DNA of 32,000 nucleotides from Sinorhizobium meliloti (lineage in GTDB: Bacteria; Pseudomonadota; Alphaproteobacteria; Rhizobiales; Rhizobiaceae). The stretch is taken from the NCBI RefSeq assembly GCF_017876815.1, contig NZ_JAGIOS010000003.1, forward strand, positions 180,001 to 212,000, read 5' to 3'. The position numbers and the translations under genes are program-made. The notes under the pieces are model-generated. The model saw only the letters and a program-made list of their open reading frames with translations, ran no database searches and was not told the origin of the DNA. Shown here piece after piece: positions 9,200 through 17,131 of this stretch. How positions within the stretch are numbered: position 1 is the stretch's first letter; each line of letters begins with the position of its first letter.

Positions 9200-9308
9200 G
9201 GAACGCTCCCCCCGTGAGCTGTCGTGAGGTCTCACGGGATTTTTTGCAGCGTCTTGCCCACGAAAAGGCCGACAGCGAGAGCCAATCACGCGTCCCAGGA
9301 ACGCTCCC
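9200..9308 (+). repeat. Two direct copies of GGAACGCTCCC (9200-9210 and 9298-9308) bracketing a terminator-like hairpin
   Basis: The exact 11-nt repeat was read directly, with partial similarity extending 3 nt upstream. It contains CUCCC, which is complementary to the GGGAG in the downstream SD (GGGGAGGGAG, 9423-9432). Confidence 0.6.
9211..9245 (+). terminator. Rho-independent-terminator-like hairpin inside the 430-bp divergent intergenic region
   Basis: The stem is CCCGTGAG (9211-9218) paired with CTCACGGG (9231-9238), with a 12-nt loop. It is followed by ATTTTTT (9239-9245). The U-tract exists only in the + orientation. Confidence 0.55.
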
Positions 9309-9438
9309 GTAGTTCGATCGCAGTTTACGATCAATAACCCAAGTTTGTCGCCGTTTATCGATTGAGCAATTTGTTGTCCTATGTCGCTGCGTCATTCACG
9401 CGCATCGAGTTTCGACCCACTTGGGGAGGGAGAATATC

Positions 9439-10521
9439 TTGTTCATCGTCGATAGCGATTGCCATAACTACTGGTGCAGCGCGACCGTCCTGGAGCCGTA
9501 CATGGACGGCTTCTTCAAGGACATGTTCGTTCGCGGCGAAAAGACTGGGCCACGCGGCGCATTTCCGCACGGCCATCGTCCCTGGTTTCATCCAGAAGGA
9601 TTTTCGCGGCATGACGTCAACCCGGTCGAGGAAGACGACAATTACGCGATCATGAAGGAAAAACACCTCGATAAGTACAATATCGATGTGGCGATTCTAA
9701 CCGGCGACGAGCCGATCGAAGCGTCTACTTTGGCAAACGCCCATTATGCCAATGCGCTCTGTAGGGCGTACAACGACTACATGATCGATTACTGGCTACC
9801 GAAGGACAGTCGGTTCTGGGGGTCGATCATTGTTGCCCCGCAGGACCCAAAACTGGCGGCCGAGGAAATCCGACGTCTCGGCTCGCATCCGCGAATTGTC
9901 CAGGTTCTGGTAAGCCATGGCGCCCAGCGGCCCTACGGCGACCCATTCTACCATCCCATTTACGAGGCTTGCGCCGAAATGGGGCTGCCGTTCGCCATGC
10001 ACCTTGGTGGTCAGGGTGGTGTGAACTCGACGCCTATCGGAGCAGGACCGTCGACGTTCTTCTGGGAAACCCATGCGATACTTCCACAGTCCGCAATGAC
10101 GCATATGGCTTCCCTGATCGCCCAAGGCGTCTTTGAGAAATGGCCAAGCCTCAAAGTCGTGATCATCGAGTGCGGGGTGGCATGGGTGCCCTCGGTGCTA
10201 TGGAGACTGGACGCCAACTATAAGGCACTGCGCAAGGAGACACCCTGGTTGAAGCGGTTGCCCTCGGAGTATTTCAAAACGAACATTCGCATGTCGACCC
10301 AACCACTCGAGCAGCCGGAAAATGTTCAGCATCTTTGGGCAACCCTGGAGGCGATGGACGGGGAAAACACACTGCTGTTCGCGTCCGACTATCCGCATTG
10401 GGATTATGACGACGTCACGAAGCTGCACATTCCCCCTGCCTGGCGCGAGAAGGTACTCGGCCTGAACGCGCTCGACGTTTACCGGCGCATTCCCCGGCCG
10501 GCCGCGATCGCAGCAGAGTGA
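9439..10521 (+). CDS. Amidohydrolase_2 (ACMSD/LigW-type metal-dependent hydrolase/decarboxylase) family protein
   Basis: TTG 9439 lies 6 nt after the strong SD GGGGAGGGAG. The protein starts with FIVDSDCHNY and has an internal FAMHLGG and a C-terminal FASDYPHWD, which are typical PF04909 landmarks. No in-frame ATG would retain the N-terminal metal motif. Confidence 0.8.
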   Translation: MFIVDSDCHNYWCSATVLEPYMDGFFKDMFVRGEKTGPRGAFPHGHRPWFHPEGFSRHDVNPVEEDDNYAIMKEKHLDKYNIDVAILTGDEPIEASTLANAHYANALCRAYNDYMIDYWLPKDSRFWGSIIVAPQDPKLAAEEIRRLGSHPRIVQVLVSHGAQRPYGDPFYHPIYEACAEMGLPFAMHLGGQGGVNSTPIGAGPSTFFWETHAILPQSAMTHMASLIAQGVFEKWPSLKVVIIECGVAWVPSVLWRLDANYKALRKETPWLKRLPSEYFKTNIRMSTQPLEQPENVQHLWATLEAMDGENTLLFASDYPHWDYDDVTKLHIPPAWREKVLGLNALDVYRRIPRPAAIAAE

Positions 10522-10532
10522 GGGGGCGGGCA

Positions 10533-10886
10533 ATGGCTTCAAAACAGTTTGCATGCAAGGCTTCGGAGGTTCCTGCCGATGCTGCCAAGATCATCAAACT
10601 CGGCAATTTGTCGCTTGGTATCTTCAGGGTTGGGGACGGATATCACGCGCTTCTGAACGTGTGCCCCCACAAGGGAGCAGCGCTTTGCCAAGGACCCGTT
10701 TGCGGGACCACGAAACAGACGGACAAGGCGGAGTTTGTTTATGAGCGGGCAGGTGAGTTGGTCCGTTGTGCTTGGCACGGATGGGAATTCGATATCCGGA
10801 CGGGCGAGTTCCTGGTCGATCCCCGTGTGAAAGCCCGCACATTCCCGGTTTCCGTCGAAAGCGAAGACATCTTCGTTCACGTTTAG
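10533..10886 (+). CDS. Stand-alone Rieske [2Fe-2S] protein (NirD/ferredoxin-like, 117 aa)
   Basis: Both cluster-binding boxes are present: [11 protein letters not shown] and CAWHGWEF. The ATG lies 12 nt after the amidohydrolase stop and is preceded by GAGGGGG. Confidence 0.85.
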   Translation: MASKQFACKASEVPADAAKIIKLGNLSLGIFRVGDGYHALLNVCPHKGAALCQGPVCGTTKQTDKAEFVYERAGELVRCAWHGWEFDIRTGEFLVDPRVKARTFPVSVESEDIFVHV

Positions 10887-10905
10887 CGAAAAAGAGGCGT
10901 CGCCT

Positions 10906-12375
10906 ATGCAAAGTTACCAAATTCGCGAAATGGCGACGCCGCTCTGTCAGCCGGCCGCTTCACATTTTATCGACGGCACCTTTATTGAGGATCGCACCGG
11001 TCCTGAGATCCTCTCCGTCAATCCGGTGGATGGTGAGATCATCGCCAAATTGCACGGGGCGACTTCCTGCATCATCGAGAAGGCAATTGCCTCGGCGAAA
11101 CGGGCGCAGAAAGAATGGGCTCGGAAAGAGCCGGCGGAGCGGGGTCGCGTCCTCAGTCGCGCCGCTGACATCATGCGGGCGCGAAACAGGGAACTGTCGG
11201 TTCTCGAAACGCGCGATACAGGCAAGCCAATTTCTGAAACACTGGTGGCGGACGCCGCTAGCGGTGCCGATTGCCTCGAGTATTTTGGCGCAATCGCGGC
11301 GACACTTTCGGGAGACAGCATCCAGTTCGGAGAAGATTGGGTCTACACACGGCGGGAGCCGCTTGGGGTCTGTCTCGGAATAGGGGCCTGGAACTACCCC
11401 ATCCAGATTGCGGCCTGGAAGGCAGCCCCCGCGCTTGCTTGCGGGAATGCCATGATATTCAAGCCGTCGGAAGTGACCCCATTGTCAGCGCTCAAGCTCG
11501 CGGAAATTCTGACTGAAGCGGGGCTTCCTCCTGGCGTTTTCAATATTGTGCAAGGTGCCGGTGATGTTGGGGCTGAGCTCGCCACCCATCCGGCGATCGC
11601 CAAAGTCTCCCTCACCGGCTCGGTCAAGACTGGCGCGAGGGTCGCCTCGGCCGCCATGGCCGGCATCCGGCCAGTAACGATGGAGCTTGGTGGAAAGTCT
11701 GCGCTGATCGTCTTCGACGATGCAGATGTTGAGGCAGCCGTCAGCGGCGCAATTCTCGGGAATTTTTATTCGGCCGGCCAGATCTGCTCAAACGGTACGC
11801 GCGTTTTCCTGCAGCGCGGAATAAGGGAAGCGTTCCTTGCGCGCTTGCTGGCCCGGGTCGCGGCTTTGAAGATTGGTGATCCGATGCACGAGGAGACCGA
11901 CATCGGGCCGCTAGTCAGCGCCGCCCATCGCAACCGGGTTGCCACATACGTCGCCCGCGCCGAGGTTGAGGGAGCATACCAGATGACGCCTCCGCGCAAG
12001 CTTCCACCAGGGGATGCCTGGCACGAGCCCGTAGTCTTCACGAATGTTACGGATTGGATGACGCTTGCTCGGGAAGAAGTGTTCGGTCCGGTCATGGCCG
12101 TCCTGGACTTCGATGACGAGCAAGATGTCGTCGCAAGAGCCAATGCAACGGACTTCGGATTGGCAGCAGGCATATTCACGAGAGACCTCGTTCGTGCCCA
12201 TAGGTTGGCGGCTGAGCTCGAAGCCGGAACCGTGTGGATCAACGCTTACAACTTGACGCCAGCTGGCATGGCGTTCGGCGGAATCAAGAGATCAGGCATC
12301 GGGCGCGAAAACGGGCGTGTCGCGATCGACCACTATACCCAGCTCAAGTCTGTGTTCGTCAGCATGCAGACATAA
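10906..12375 (+). CDS. NAD-dependent aldehyde dehydrogenase, betaine-aldehyde dehydrogenase (BetB)-like
   Basis: Long colinear similarity to the BetB pattern as I recall it ([67 protein letters not shown]). The catalytic Glu (MELGGKS) and Cys (GQICSNGTR) are present. Confidence 0.85.
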   Translation: MQSYQIREMATPLCQPAASHFIDGTFIEDRTGPEILSVNPVDGEIIAKLHGATSCIIEKAIASAKRAQKEWARKEPAERGRVLSRAADIMRARNRELSVLETRDTGKPISETLVADAASGADCLEYFGAIAATLSGDSIQFGEDWVYTRREPLGVCLGIGAWNYPIQIAAWKAAPALACGNAMIFKPSEVTPLSALKLAEILTEAGLPPGVFNIVQGAGDVGAELATHPAIAKVSLTGSVKTGARVASAAMAGIRPVTMELGGKSALIVFDDADVEAAVSGAILGNFYSAGQICSNGTRVFLQRGIREAFLARLLARVAALKIGDPMHEETDIGPLVSAAHRNRVATYVARAEVEGAYQMTPPRKLPPGDAWHEPVVFTNVTDWMTLAREEVFGPVMAVLDFDDEQDVVARANATDFGLAAGIFTRDLVRAHRLAAELEAGTVWINAYNLTPAGMAFGGIKRSGIGRENGRVAIDHYTQLKSVFVSMQT

Positions 12376-12568
12376 CACGAGAATTGACACGGTCGACGGC
12401 CCAGAACCTCAGCCAATCGGCCGTTTTCTCATACGCGAATAGGGGCCCGGCGTTCGAGCAGTCTCCCGAGGGGGAGGAAGGGTTCGTCAGGGTCCTATTA
12501 CGGCCACAGCGGCAGCGGTCACGCTGTGAGGCCGAACGAGGAGAGGCCGCAGTTCAAGGGGAACCAGA

Positions 12569-13570
12569 ATGTTTGGTAAATTGCTCGCACCTGCCTGTTT
12601 TGCAGTTGGCCTTACCAGCCTGACACAGGGTGCTTTCGCGGAGGAATGTGGCGACGTCGTTATCGCCAATATGAATTGGCAGTCGATCGATGTCCTGGCG
12701 AATATCGACAAGATCATTCTTGAAAACGGATATGGGTGTTCGGCGGAAATCACCATCGGTGACACCGTTTCGATCATGACGTCGATGATTGAAAAGGGAG
12801 AGCCGGACATAGCACCGGAAGCGTGGCTCAATGCTTTGCCTGAGATTGTCTCGAGAGGCATCGCCGAAGGGAAGCTGATATCGGCTGGCAACGCCCTGAG
12901 CGATGGCGGAATCCAGGGCTGGTATATCCCAAAGTACATTGCCGACGCTCACCCGGAGATCAAGACGGTTTCCGACGCGCTGAAGCACCCGGAACTCTTC
13001 CCGGCTCTAGAGGACAGTTCCAAGGGCGCAGTCGTCAACGGTCCATCAGGTTGGGGCGCATCGACTACAACCAGCCAGCTTTACAAGGCTTACGACGGGG
13101 ACGCCAAAGGCTTTGTGCTGGTTGACCCAGGCTCGGCGGCGGGTCTGGACGGTTCAATCGTCAAGAACTACGAACGGAAGATCGGCTGGTTCGGCTACTA
13201 CTGGTCACCCACTTCGTTGCTCGGCAAATACCCAATGGTCAAGCTTGATTTTGACGCGCCACACAACGCAGCGGAATGGAAACGTTGCAACACGGTGGTC
13301 GATTGCGAAGATCCGAAGGTAAACGATTGGCCGACCGATAAGGTGGAGACACTCGTCACTCGCGAGTTCAAAGAGCGTGCCGGTGCGGCGATGGATTACC
13401 TGAAGACGCGGCGCTGGGATAACGCAACGCTGAACAGCCTCTTAGCCTGGATGACCGACAACCAGGCGACGGGCGAAGATGCTGCAAGATACTTCCTGGA
13501 GAAGAACCCCGAGATTTGGACAAAGTGGCTTTCTCCCGAGATCGCGGAGAAGGCGAGATCGTCGCTCTGA
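12569..13570 (+). CDS. ProX-type glycine betaine/quaternary-amine ABC transporter substrate-binding protein (orphan)
   Basis: It has a signal peptide (MFGKLLAPACFAVGLTSLTQGAFA) and Trp-containing ProX-like segments (NMNWQSIDV, IQGWYIPKY, GPSGWGAS, WFGYYWSPT). AGGGGA forms the SD. Confidence 0.8.
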   Translation: MFGKLLAPACFAVGLTSLTQGAFAEECGDVVIANMNWQSIDVLANIDKIILENGYGCSAEITIGDTVSIMTSMIEKGEPDIAPEAWLNALPEIVSRGIAEGKLISAGNALSDGGIQGWYIPKYIADAHPEIKTVSDALKHPELFPALEDSSKGAVVNGPSGWGASTTTSQLYKAYDGDAKGFVLVDPGSAAGLDGSIVKNYERKIGWFGYYWSPTSLLGKYPMVKLDFDAPHNAAEWKRCNTVVDCEDPKVNDWPTDKVETLVTREFKERAGAAMDYLKTRRWDNATLNSLLAWMTDNQATGEDAARYFLEKNPEIWTKWLSPEIAEKARSSL

Positions 13571-13584
13571 CTTGTAAAACCACG

Positions 13585-13619
13585 ATCCGCCGGCGGTTGT
13601 CGGCGGATTACCCTTTTTG
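13585..13619 (+). terminator. Rho-independent terminator downstream of the SBP gene
   Basis: The stem is ATCCGCCG (13585-13592) paired with CGGCGGAT (13601-13608), with an 8-nt loop, followed by TACCCTTTTTGT. Confidence 0.7.
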
Positions 13620-13688
13620 TCAGTCTCTAAACCCGCCGACCGCCACGACACCAAGCTGCAGCTTTACGACGATGAGGCGAGCTTTTGG

Positions 13689-13713
13689 TGATCTCGGCGC
13701 TCCGCCGAGATCA
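13689..13713. other. Perfect 11-bp stem, 3-nt loop hairpin in the convergent spacer
   Basis: TGATCTCGGCG-ctc-CGCCGAGATCA was read directly. It is followed on the + strand by TTTCACTT, and there is no U-tract on the - strand. Confidence 0.4.
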
Positions 13714-13758
13714 TTTCACTTCCGACTTTTCCCTTAACGGCGTAACCTCGTTCGAATG

Positions 13759-14649
13759 TCACTCCGACAGGAATGAATTGATTAGTTCGGCCGCCTTTTC
13801 GGGCCGCTCCCAAAACATATTGTGACCAGCGCCTGGGAAGGTTTCAAACCGAGCTTTAGGAAACGCCGCCTTTAGTTTCGCTTGCTGCGGCGCGTTCATC
13901 AACTGGTCTTGATCCCCCCAGAAAATCATGACCGGCGCTTTGATCAAAGACGATATCTTCCCGAGATCACCTGTCGTCGTACCCCACAGGACACCCTTCC
14001 AAACGTGGATGGGCACGGCAGCGCTCTCTTCACGCTCAGGCTTGATGAACCTCTCGTCAACCGGGTTCGGGTTCCAGTACCAGTCCGTCATAAACTTGCC
14101 GTTTGGATCGATAGGCGGCTGGAGCGGCTTGATATTATCCCAAAGCCAAGTGCCAGGTCCGCCGCCCGTGTTGAGTGTCGAAGAGATCAAAACGACCTTT
14201 CTGACCTTCTCAGGGTGCTGCGCCGCCAGCATCTGAACGGCCAGCGATCCCAGCGAATGCCCGACCACGTCGGCCTGCTCAATCTTCATCGCCTCCAAAA
14301 AAAGGAACGCGTCGTTTGCGAAATCGAGATACGTGTAGCAGCACTCCGGGGCGCTCGATTTCCCATGGCCGCGAAGGTCGATGGCGTAAATATGATGGTT
14401 CTTCAGATACGGGGCGACCAATGACCAGCTTCGCGAATTATCAGTATAGCCGTGAATGAGCAGTAGGGGCTTCCCTTCGACGTTGCCCATTTCGGAGTAT
14501 GCCAGCTTGATGCCGTTTGGCAGGTCTACGGTCTTCTTGGCCGCCGCCCATTCCGTTTGCGTCGGAACGGGAATTTCCGTCGCGAATCCAGGCCCGGCCG
14601 CGAACAGCAAACCGACTGCCAATGCCAATTTTAGGATGGTGGTTGTCAT
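13759..14649 (-). CDS. Secreted alpha/beta-fold hydrolase (esterase/lipase-like)
   Basis: It has a signal peptide (MTTTILKLALAVGLLFAAGPGFA), an oxyanion HG (LLIHGYTDNS), a nucleophile elbow (GHSLGS) and a C-terminal His (GAGHNMFWE). The SD GAGGGAGAA precedes the ATG. Confidence 0.85.
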   Translation of the reverse strand: MTTTILKLALAVGLLFAAGPGFATEIPVPTQTEWAAAKKTVDLPNGIKLAYSEMGNVEGKPLLLIHGYTDNSRSWSLVAPYLKNHHIYAIDLRGHGKSSAPECCYTYLDFANDAFLFLEAMKIEQADVVGHSLGSLAVQMLAAQHPEKVRKVVLISSTLNTGGGPGTWLWDNIKPLQPPIDPNGKFMTDWYWNPNPVDERFIKPEREESAAVPIHVWKGVLWGTTTGDLGKISSLIKAPVMIFWGDQDQLMNAPQQAKLKAAFPKARFETFPGAGHNMFWERPEKAAELINSFLSE

Positions 14650-14672
14650 CGTTCTCCCTCATATTCTTACCC

Positions 14673-14700
14673 ACTGGTCTGCATACTGACCAACTGGTCA
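14673..14700. promoter_or_regulatory. Operator-like array ACTGGTC-N5-ACTGACC-A-ACTGGTC, including the inverted repeat TGACCA-AC-TGGTCA (14687-14700)
   Basis: Read directly in the 100-bp divergent region between the hydrolase and the TetR gene. TGGTC (14675-14679) also pairs with GACCA (14688-14692). Confidence 0.5.
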
Positions 14701-14749
14701 ACACTTGAACTCGGCGCTCGATTTGTCAATAACGATTCAGGAGCATGTG

Positions 14750-15361
14750 ATGGCACTTACAAAAATCAGCGATATCCGGAGGCGGGAACTGCGGCGGGCC
14801 GCCGTGGAAGTCATGAAGCGTGAGGGCGCCGCCGGGACGACGTTGGAAAAAGTGGCTCAAGAAGCCGGAGCCTCGAAAGGTATTGTCCTCCACTATTTCC
14901 GAAACAAGCAGGAGCTGTTCGAAGAGGCGATGCGCGAGGCCAATGCGGGCCTGAGGGATGACGTCGTGAGACGGCTAAAGAAGGCCCGCTCGCCTATCGA
15001 ACGCATCTGGGCAATCGTCGAAGCAAACCTTGGTGAAGACGTTTTCAAACCACCCCACGGGCACGCTTGGCTGTCGCTATGCGCTGAGGCTCCGCGAGAG
15101 CCGCAGCTGGCAAGATTGCAGAGTATTTTCCATGCGCGGATGCATTCGAACCTCATGTCGGGGTTTCGTTCATTGGTTCCACACTCGCAAGCCGAGCGAC
15201 TATCCCTGTCAATGTCTGCTCTCATCGATGGCCTCTGGGTCCGGCTGGGCATCGGCGATCGGACTATGACATCGTCAACAGCTACTTCACTCGCCCGCGA
15301 CCTCTTGACCAACGCTCTCCCGACTATTGCTATTCCGGACGTGACCAAGTGCGAGCAATGA
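14750..15361 (+). CDS. TetR-family transcriptional regulator, BetI-like
   Basis: ATG 14750 follows CAGGAG. The TetR HTH reads TTLEKVAQEAGASKGIVLHYFRNKQELF. BetI-like C-terminal segments are present (WLSLCAEAPREPQLARLQSIFHARMHSNL, ALIDGLWVRLGIG). Confidence 0.8.
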   Translation: MALTKISDIRRRELRRAAVEVMKREGAAGTTLEKVAQEAGASKGIVLHYFRNKQELFEEAMREANAGLRDDVVRRLKKARSPIERIWAIVEANLGEDVFKPPHGHAWLSLCAEAPREPQLARLQSIFHARMHSNLMSGFRSLVPHSQAERLSLSMSALIDGLWVRLGIGDRTMTSSTATSLARDLLTNALPTIAIPDVTKCEQ

Positions 15362-15504
15362 AAATACCCCCGCTGAGAGGTTTCAGCAATCCGAGCATAA
15401 CCGCCGCTCCGATATGCTGCCAATGAGCATCATCGCGGCTGTTGCTCCGATCGACCGAGAAGCGGATTGTGCTGCTGTCGACGGCGTCGAGCGCGCTGAC
15501 GTCA

Positions 15505-16500
15505 TCAAGTTCCAGGTGACAATTGATGCGAAGTAAAACGCTGACGATACTCGGCAGGGGTCAGCCCAATGATACGGGTGAAGATTTTCCGAAAGGAGCT
15601 CGGATCACTGTAGTGTACTTTCCAGGCGATGGCATCGACAGGATCGCGCGTAAACTGGAGTAGGTCGCGTGCCTTATTGATACGCAAACGCTGGACATAC
15701 TCGCCGGCCGTATGACCGGTTGCCTTTTGGAATCGCCGCATGAAGGTTCGCGGTTCCAACCCTGCATGCTCTGCCAGCACGGCAAGGCCCATGTCCTTCC
15801 CGCCGGTGGCCTGAAGCCAGTGTTGAACCTTCAAGATCGCGTCGTCACCGTGATTGAGACGGGGAGAGAAGGCGCTGTAGTAGCTTTGTTCCCTGCCGGG
15901 CGGGTCGACGAGGAAGGCTCTTGCTGTTTCGACCATGATCGTCGGGCCGAGAAAACGCTCGATCAGTATCAGGCTGAGGTCGATCCATGCCATCACGCCG
16001 CCGGCGGTCAGGATGTCGCCGTCATCGATGATCAGACGGTCCGTGTTTACATTGATGTCGGGAAAACGCGAGACAAGGTGCTCCTCATAGCTCCAGTGGG
16101 TGGTCACGGTGCGTCCCGCAAGGAGTCCTGTCTCTCCCAACAAAAAGGCGCCTTTGCAGATTGAGCACAGGCCCGCGCCCTTCGAATGTTCAGAGCGAAG
16201 CCAGTCTGCATAGTACCTCGCCTCCCTCTCCGGTAGCGGATCGCCGAGGCCCGGAGGAATGACAATAACAGTCGGACGGTCACCTAGCGATACGGGATCG
16301 GACGAGAAAACCCGTTCAGGCGTGCGTTTACCGGTTGCTCGCGTCCAATGACTTACGCGAAGAGGATGACTGACGCCGTGCCGCTGGCGAGCGATGCCTG
16401 CGGCGGCGGTCAGAAGATCAGTCATGCCCAATACAGCCGCGGCTTGAGCGCCGTCGTAACGGAGGATTCCGATCTCCAATGTATCTTCCATGCTGTCCAT
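15505..16500 (-). CDS. GlxA-family (DJ-1/PfpI-like domain + AraC HTH) transcriptional regulator, the GbdR/CdhR architecture
   Basis: The N-terminal amidotransferase-like domain includes LCSICKGAFLLGETGLL. The C-terminal AraC HTH includes LAEHAGLEPRTFMRRFQKATGHTAGEYVQRLRINKARDLL...SDPSSFRKIFTRIIGLTPAEYR. The start is uncertain: ATG 16500 has AGGGG upstream, and 16491 and 16533 are alternatives. Confidence 0.8.
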   Translation of the reverse strand: MDSMEDTLEIGILRYDGAQAAAVLGMTDLLTAAAGIARQRHGVSHPLRVSHWTRATGKRTPERVFSSDPVSLGDRPTVIVIPPGLGDPLPEREARYYADWLRSEHSKGAGLCSICKGAFLLGETGLLAGRTVTTHWSYEEHLVSRFPDINVNTDRLIIDDGDILTAGGVMAWIDLSLILIERFLGPTIMVETARAFLVDPPGREQSYYSAFSPRLNHGDDAILKVQHWLQATGGKDMGLAVLAEHAGLEPRTFMRRFQKATGHTAGEYVQRLRINKARDLLQFTRDPVDAIAWKVHYSDPSSFRKIFTRIIGLTPAEYRQRFTSHQLSPGT

Positions 16501-16585
16501 ACCGCCCCTGTATTTGTCAATTATGCCACTCATATGGTCGATCGCGATCTGTTAAATCAAGACATAGTCCTGGAAAGGATATCCT

Positions 16586-17131
16586 ATGAGCAAGCGTGCG
16601 ATCATCGTCGTTGACCTGCAGAACGACTACCTGGCAACAGGCAAATTTCCCTTGGTGGGCATTGACACAGCACTTGAAAACGCAGCACGCCTCGTCGACG
16701 CGGCTCGTCGGTCCGGCGATCTCGTCGTCAATATCCGCCACGAGAGCCCAGCCGGTGCACCATTCTTCGTGTCGGGCACGGAGGGAGCGGAGATAATTCC
16801 CAACATCGCTCCGCAGCATGGTGAAGCGGTTGTCACCAAACGATACCCCAATTCATTTCGCGAAACCGAGTTGGCCTCCCTGCTGTCTTCTGCCGGTGTC
16901 GATGAAGTGACAGTCATTGGCGCGATGAGCCACATGTGCATCGATGCGACCGCCAGAGCAGCCTCCGATCTCGGCTACAAGACGACGGTTGTTGAAGACG
17001 CCTGCGCTACGCGCGACCTCGAGTTCCGAGGCGAGGTCGTGCCCGCCGCGAAAGTCCACGCTGCATATATGTCCGCTCTGGCCTTCGGGTACGGACAGGT
17101 GGTTTCGACCCGTGACTATCTGGCAAAGTGA
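16586..17131 (+). CDS. Isochorismatase-family cysteine hydrolase
   Basis: It has IIVVDLQNDY (catalytic Asp region) and GAMSHMCIDATARAA (Cys nucleophile). It is divergent from the GlxA regulator, which is a common pairing. Confidence 0.85.
   Translation: MSKRAIIVVDLQNDYLATGKFPLVGIDTALENAARLVDAARRSGDLVVNIRHESPAGAPFFVSGTEGAEIIPNIAPQHGEAVVTKRYPNSFRETELASLLSSAGVDEVTVIGAMSHMCIDATARAASDLGYKTTVVEDACATRDLEFRGEVVPAAKVHAAYMSALAFGYGQVVSTRDYLAK

Noticed and set aside
9162-9227. 21-codon plus-strand mini-ORF (MKYDCPERSARSSERSPRELS) ending in the terminator loop, considered as a leader peptide for attenuation
   Set aside because: There is no SD upstream of the ATG and no run of regulatory codons, so the evidence is insufficient.
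9040-9245. Possible match to known riboswitch classes (glycine, guanidine-I/II/III) in the leader
   Set aside because: I could not find the conserved cores I remember (for example the GGAGAG...CACCG glycine core, or ACGR tetraloops in paired hairpins). The element is kept only as an unclassified candidate.
9096-9395. 99-aa and 76-aa minus-strand ORFs inside the reductase/amidohydrolase intergenic region
   Set aside because: They are Arg/Ser-rich with no SD and run through the terminator-like hairpin. The region is better explained as a regulatory or RNA region.
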